From assembly GCA_021163155.1 (NCBI GenBank), contig JAGGXI010000038.1, forward strand, positions 7,731 to 71,730: a stretch of 64,000 bases of DNA, read 5' to 3'. How positions within the stretch are numbered: the stretch's first letter is position 1; each line of letters opens with the position of its first letter. Of this stretch, positions 60,591 to 64,000 are shown one piece after another. Source of the DNA: Candidatus Aerophobota bacterium. GTDB taxonomy: Bacteria > Aerophobota > Aerophobia > Aerophobales > JAGGXI01. The notes under the pieces are model-generated. The model saw only the letters and a program-made list of their open reading frames with translations, searched no databases and was not told the origin of the DNA. A program made the position numbers and the translations under genes.

Positions 60591-61823
60591 ATGGCTATTT
60601 ATAGTTATATAGCTATAGACCATAATGGGAAAAGAAAAAAGGAAATGATTGATGCAGAGAACGAAAGAACAGTAATCGCTCAACTGAGAATGCAAAAATT
60701 AATCCCTCTTTCTATAAAAAAGAGAAACAAACTTTCCGTTTCTCTCACTAAAAAATCGAGTTCTGGAATGGCGATCTTTAAACCTCGTATAAAAGGGAAA
60801 GATATAATTATTTTTTTCCGCCAATTTGCAACCCTTATTAATGCTGGGCTTCCCATGGTCCAAGCACTTGATATTATGATTAACCAGACCCAGAACACAA
60901 CTTTAAAAACCATAGCAGGGGAGGTAAAAAAAGATGTAGAGGCAGGAATATCCTTATCTGAAGCCTTATCTAAACATTCTAAAATTTTTTCTTCTCTTTC
61001 TCAAAATATGATAAAGGCAGGAGAAATGGGAGGAGTTATCGATGTAGTTCTTCTCCGATTAGCTGATTATTTAGAATATACAGAAAGTATAAAACGACGA
61101 ATGAGCTCTGCTATGCGTTATCCTATTTTCGTTCTCTTTATGGCTGGTGGACTTATTGGGATTCTCCTCTTTATTGTTCTTCCTAAAATGGAGGTTCTTT
61201 TTAAAGAATCCCTTCATACTAAACTTCCCGCACTTACTCAATTTATACTTACATTATCAAATGTAGCCAAGCAAAAATTTTACTTTATTTTCCTTATTGT
61301 TGGTATTATTTTACTTTTCTATTATTTTATTAAAAAATCAGTGAGAGGAAGCTATATTTTGGATAAAATCAAGCTAAAGCTTCCTGTGATAGGAAAATTA
61401 TTTCATGAAATTGCCTTATCGAGATTTGCGAGAACACTGGCTACTTTATCTGATAGTGGAGTCCCTATACTCGATTCTATAGAAATGACAGGAAAAATGA
61501 GTGAGAATAAATTCATCGAAAAAGCAACTATGGAGGCGAAATCCTCTTTGAAGGAAGGAGAAACATTATCTGCTCCCTTACGGAAATACACAGTATTTCC
61601 CCCTATGGTAACAAGTATGATTTCTGTAGGTGAAAAGACGGGAGCGCTTGATGAGATGCTTAATAAGATTGCCGATTTTTACGACCGAGAAGTAGAGGTA
61701 ATGGTGAATTCTTTAGCCAGTTTAATAGAACCACTCTTAATAATCTTTTTAGGAGCAACAGTGGGAATAGTAGTAGTAGCTATGTATCTTCCTTATTTTA
61801 CTATGTTTCAACACATTGGCTAA
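60591..61823 (+). CDS. pilC: Type IV pilus/T2SS inner membrane platform protein (PilC/GspF family)
   Basis: F.RQ.ATL..AG.P, AGE.GG....L..LA.Y.E, YP, RFARTL.TL..SGVP, VGE.TG.LDEML.KIA.FY..E. Confidence 0.93.
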   Translation: MAIYSYIAIDHNGKRKKEMIDAENERTVIAQLRMQKLIPLSIKKRNKLSVSLTKKSSSGMAIFKPRIKGKDIIIFFRQFATLINAGLPMVQALDIMINQTQNTTLKTIAGEVKKDVEAGISLSEALSKHSKIFSSLSQNMIKAGEMGGVIDVVLLRLADYLEYTESIKRRMSSAMRYPIFVLFMAGGLIGILLFIVLPKMEVLFKESLHTKLPALTQFILTLSNVAKQKFYFIFLIVGIILLFYYFIKKSVRGSYILDKIKLKLPVIGKLFHEIALSRFARTLATLSDSGVPILDSIEMTGKMSENKFIEKATMEAKSSLKEGETLSAPLRKYTVFPPMVTSMISVGEKTGALDEMLNKIADFYDREVEVMVNSLASLIEPLLIIFLGATVGIVVVAMYLPYFTMFQHIG

Positions 61824-64000
61824 CACAGAGGAGAAAAAGATAGAGAAGAAAACTTCTTATATCGATTTATCCCTTAAGATCGGACTTATAGAATTATTCT
61901 TTCTTACCCCTCTTATTTTTTATGCCTGGGCAACCACATTCACCGTCACTAAAAATACGGTAGCAGAAATTATTATTCTTACCCTCACCGCTTTATGGGT
62001 AATTAACCTTATAGAGGGAAAAAATTACCCTTCTCTTAAATTTCCCTTAAGTTTACCTATACTCTCTTTTTTGGTAGTTATCTTGATCTCTTTATTCCAA
62101 ACTCATACTTATTATACCTCCTTTTTAGACCTTGCTCGATGGAGTAGCTATATCCTTGTTTACTTTATTATCACTTCTTGTTTAAGGAGAAAAAAATGGA
62201 TAAAGGTACTGCTCATCGCTGTTCTCTCGGCCTCTTTCATCGCCTCATCTTATGCTATTTTTCAGTTTTACGGAATCGATTTCCCTTTCTGGAAGAAGCT
62301 CTCCGGAAGAATGCGTCTTTTCTCTACCTTTGGCAACCCAAATTATCTCTCTGGGTATTTAGCCGCCTGCCTTCCCATTGCTTTCACTTTTTTTTGTTTA
62401 TCTAAAAAAAGATTATTTTTAGGGATTATTATAGTCATTCTTTATACAGGAGTATTAATAACCAATATTGGAGGATGCATCGCTCTCTTTGGAGCAGCCA
62501 TTTTTATATTATTAACTCTTCTGATTTATAAGGAAAAAGTTTTTTTTAAAGATAACCACCTCTCTTTATTGCTGCTTATTCTTGCTTTTACAATAGTTAC
62601 CGCAATTTACTCCACTCATAATCCTTTAAATCCCAAAGGGAAAAATGTGATTGCAGAAGGGACAGCTTATACCAACTTTGGATATTCTTCTACCCAACAG
62701 CGTTTTTTAATCTGGCTCTCTACATATGAAATGATTAAAGAGCATCCCTTTCTTGGTTCTGGGGTAGGAACCTTTAGAATTCATTACCCCGCTGCCCAGG
62801 GAAAAATTCTCTCCCAAGAAAAAAATAGAAAATATATCCCCCAGGCAAATAAATCTATAAATGCTCACAACGATTATCTACATATATGGGTAGAAACAGG
62901 AATTATAGGCCTTCTCTGTTTTATCTGGATTATAGCTATCTTTTACAAAAAAACCTTCTTTTACCTTAAAAAAGTAAAAAAGGAAGAAAAATTTTTTTTA
63001 ATTGGCTTATCTGGGGGAGGAGTAGCTATCCTTATCCATGCTTTATTTAGCTTTCCCTTTCATATTATACAAAATGGTCTTCTTTTTTGGCTTTTCCTTT
63101 CTCTATCCACCTTAATAGGGGAGAAGAAGATTAAAGAGGAAGAAGAGGGGGGGAATAAGGAAAATAAGGATGGAGGAAAATTTATTATTTTAAAAAGAGC
63201 CATCCAAATAAGCGTAGTTCTTTTAGCCATTTCTTTAGGAATTTTAAGAGTAAAGCTCTTTATCGCTGATACTCACATAAAGATTGCAGAAATGATGATG
63301 AAGGAAAAAGCTTATCCCGCGGCGGCTTCTGAGTTAACCAAATCTTTAAAATTTGATAACCATAACGGATTAGCCTTTGCCAATCTGGGAGAGTGTTATG
63401 GATATTTAAAATTATACGATAAATCTTTTTACGCCCTAAAGAGAGCGGAAGTAAACTGGATATATCCTTATCTTTATAACAATTTAGGATGCTCTTATAT
63501 AGGTATGAAAAAATGGGATGAGGCTGAGAAAATGTTTAAAAAAAATATCTCGCTTTTCCCCAATTCTGCTAACGCTTATTTTAATTTGGGTAATCTCTTT
63601 CTTCTTAAGGCAAAGGAGGATATTCTTAATGAAAATACGAAACTGGCAAAAAAAAATTTAAATAAAGCTTTTATTCTTTATGAGCAGGGTAAGATTTTTA
63701 AGCATACTTTTCCTTTACCTTTAAGACTCGCTCAGGCTTATAATAAAGTAGGGGAAGGAGACTTAAAAGAGAAAGCTCCCTCACCTTTCTCTTTTTTTAC
63801 CCCTAAATCTTCTCCTTTCCTTGACATTCTTATTCCCTTAATAAAATGCGGTGGAGAAGGATGTTTTAGATTATTTTTTTATCTTCCCCCGCAGGAAAAC
63901 TATACTCCAAAAGCAAAGATAAATATAGAAATAGAGGATGAGGAAAAAAAATTGGTTGAAAATTTCACCCTAGAGAAAGAAATATTCCCTTTTAATAATA
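61816..64000 (+). CDS. O-antigen ligase (Wzy_C)-like membrane protein with C-terminal TPR repeats; runs off the window end
   Basis: Manual translation in the frame of TTG 61816 (start uncertain): STFGNPNYLSGYL, R..IW......I.EHP.LG.G.GTF, AHNDYL....ETG.IG, then TPR-like YNNLG and AYFNLG; absent from the ORF track because there is no stop in the window. Confidence 0.85.
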   Translation, partial: MANTEEKKIEKKTSYIDLSLKIGLIELFFLTPLIFYAWATTFTVTKNTVAEIIILTLTALWVINLIEGKNYPSLKFPLSLPILSFLVVILISLFQTHTYYTSFLDLARWSSYILVYFIITSCLRRKKWIKVLLIAVLSASFIASSYAIFQFYGIDFPFWKKLSGRMRLFSTFGNPNYLSGYLAACLPIAFTFFCLSKKRLFLGIIIVILYTGVLITNIGGCIALFGAAIFILLTLLIYKEKVFFKDNHLSLLLLILAFTIVTAIYSTHNPLNPKGKNVIAEGTAYTNFGYSSTQQRFLIWLSTYEMIKEHPFLGSGVGTFRIHYPAAQGKILSQEKNRKYIPQANKSINAHNDYLHIWVETGIIGLLCFIWIIAIFYKKTFFYLKKVKKEEKFFLIGLSGGGVAILIHALFSFPFHIIQNGLLFWLFLSLSTLIGEKKIKEEEEGGNKENKDGGKFIILKRAIQISVVLLAISLGILRVKLFIADTHIKIAEMMMKEKAYPAAASELTKSLKFDNHNGLAFANLGECYGYLKLYDKSFYALKRAEVNWIYPYLYNNLGCSYIGMKKWDEAEKMFKKNISLFPNSANAYFNLGNLFLLKAKEDILNENTKLAKKNLNKAFILYEQGKIFKHTFPLPLRLAQAYNKVGEGDLKEKAPSPFSFFTPKSSPFLDILIPLIKCGGEGCFRLFFYLPPQENYTPKAKINIEIEDEEKKLVENFTLEKEIFPFNN

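Noticed and set aside
62178..62405. 75-aa ORF from the ORF track
   Set aside because: It is out of frame within the long O-antigen-ligase/TPR gene.

Overview
AT-rich bacterial chromosome window from an apparent strict anaerobe (2-oxoacid:ferredoxin oxidoreductase, ferredoxins, Rnf subunits). The lineage cannot be fixed from this sequence alone. It has four parts. (1) 1-31.7 kb: two co-oriented GntR-led catabolic clusters. Cluster I: KorDABC-like oxidoreductase, divergent SucCD-like CoA ligase, ferredoxin, allantoinase/dihydroorotase-family hydrolase, Dpp-type ABC transporter, M42 peptidase, creatininase and isoaspartyl peptidase. Cluster II: an enolase paralogue with altered active-site motifs, a YgeW/ArgF'-type carbamoyltransferase, a variant glycerate 2-kinase, split UxaA/SuyAB dehydratase, LarA-family racemase, TRAP transporter, amidinohydrolase and D-2-hydroxyacid dehydrogenase. 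Cluster II is the best candidate for an undescribed pathway, possibly degrading a guanidino/ureido 2-hydroxy acid; this is inference. (2) 31.9-53.8 kb: shuffled housekeeping genes, including an unusual pyrG-rnfA-rnfB-pyrD operon without pyrK and an mtrB (TRAP) homologue with an altered Trp pocket. (3) 53.95-56.6 kb: a decayed defence islet bounded by a 15-bp direct repeat, containing RAYT, Abi_C, DUF1156 and PglZ-like fragments, an intact MNT-HEPN pair and an XRE gene. (4) A PLP enzyme, then pilB-pilC and an O-antigen-ligase/TPR gene that runs off the window end. Intergenic regions hold several nested families of MITE/REP-like repeats. No tRNA, rRNA or CRISPR array was seen.
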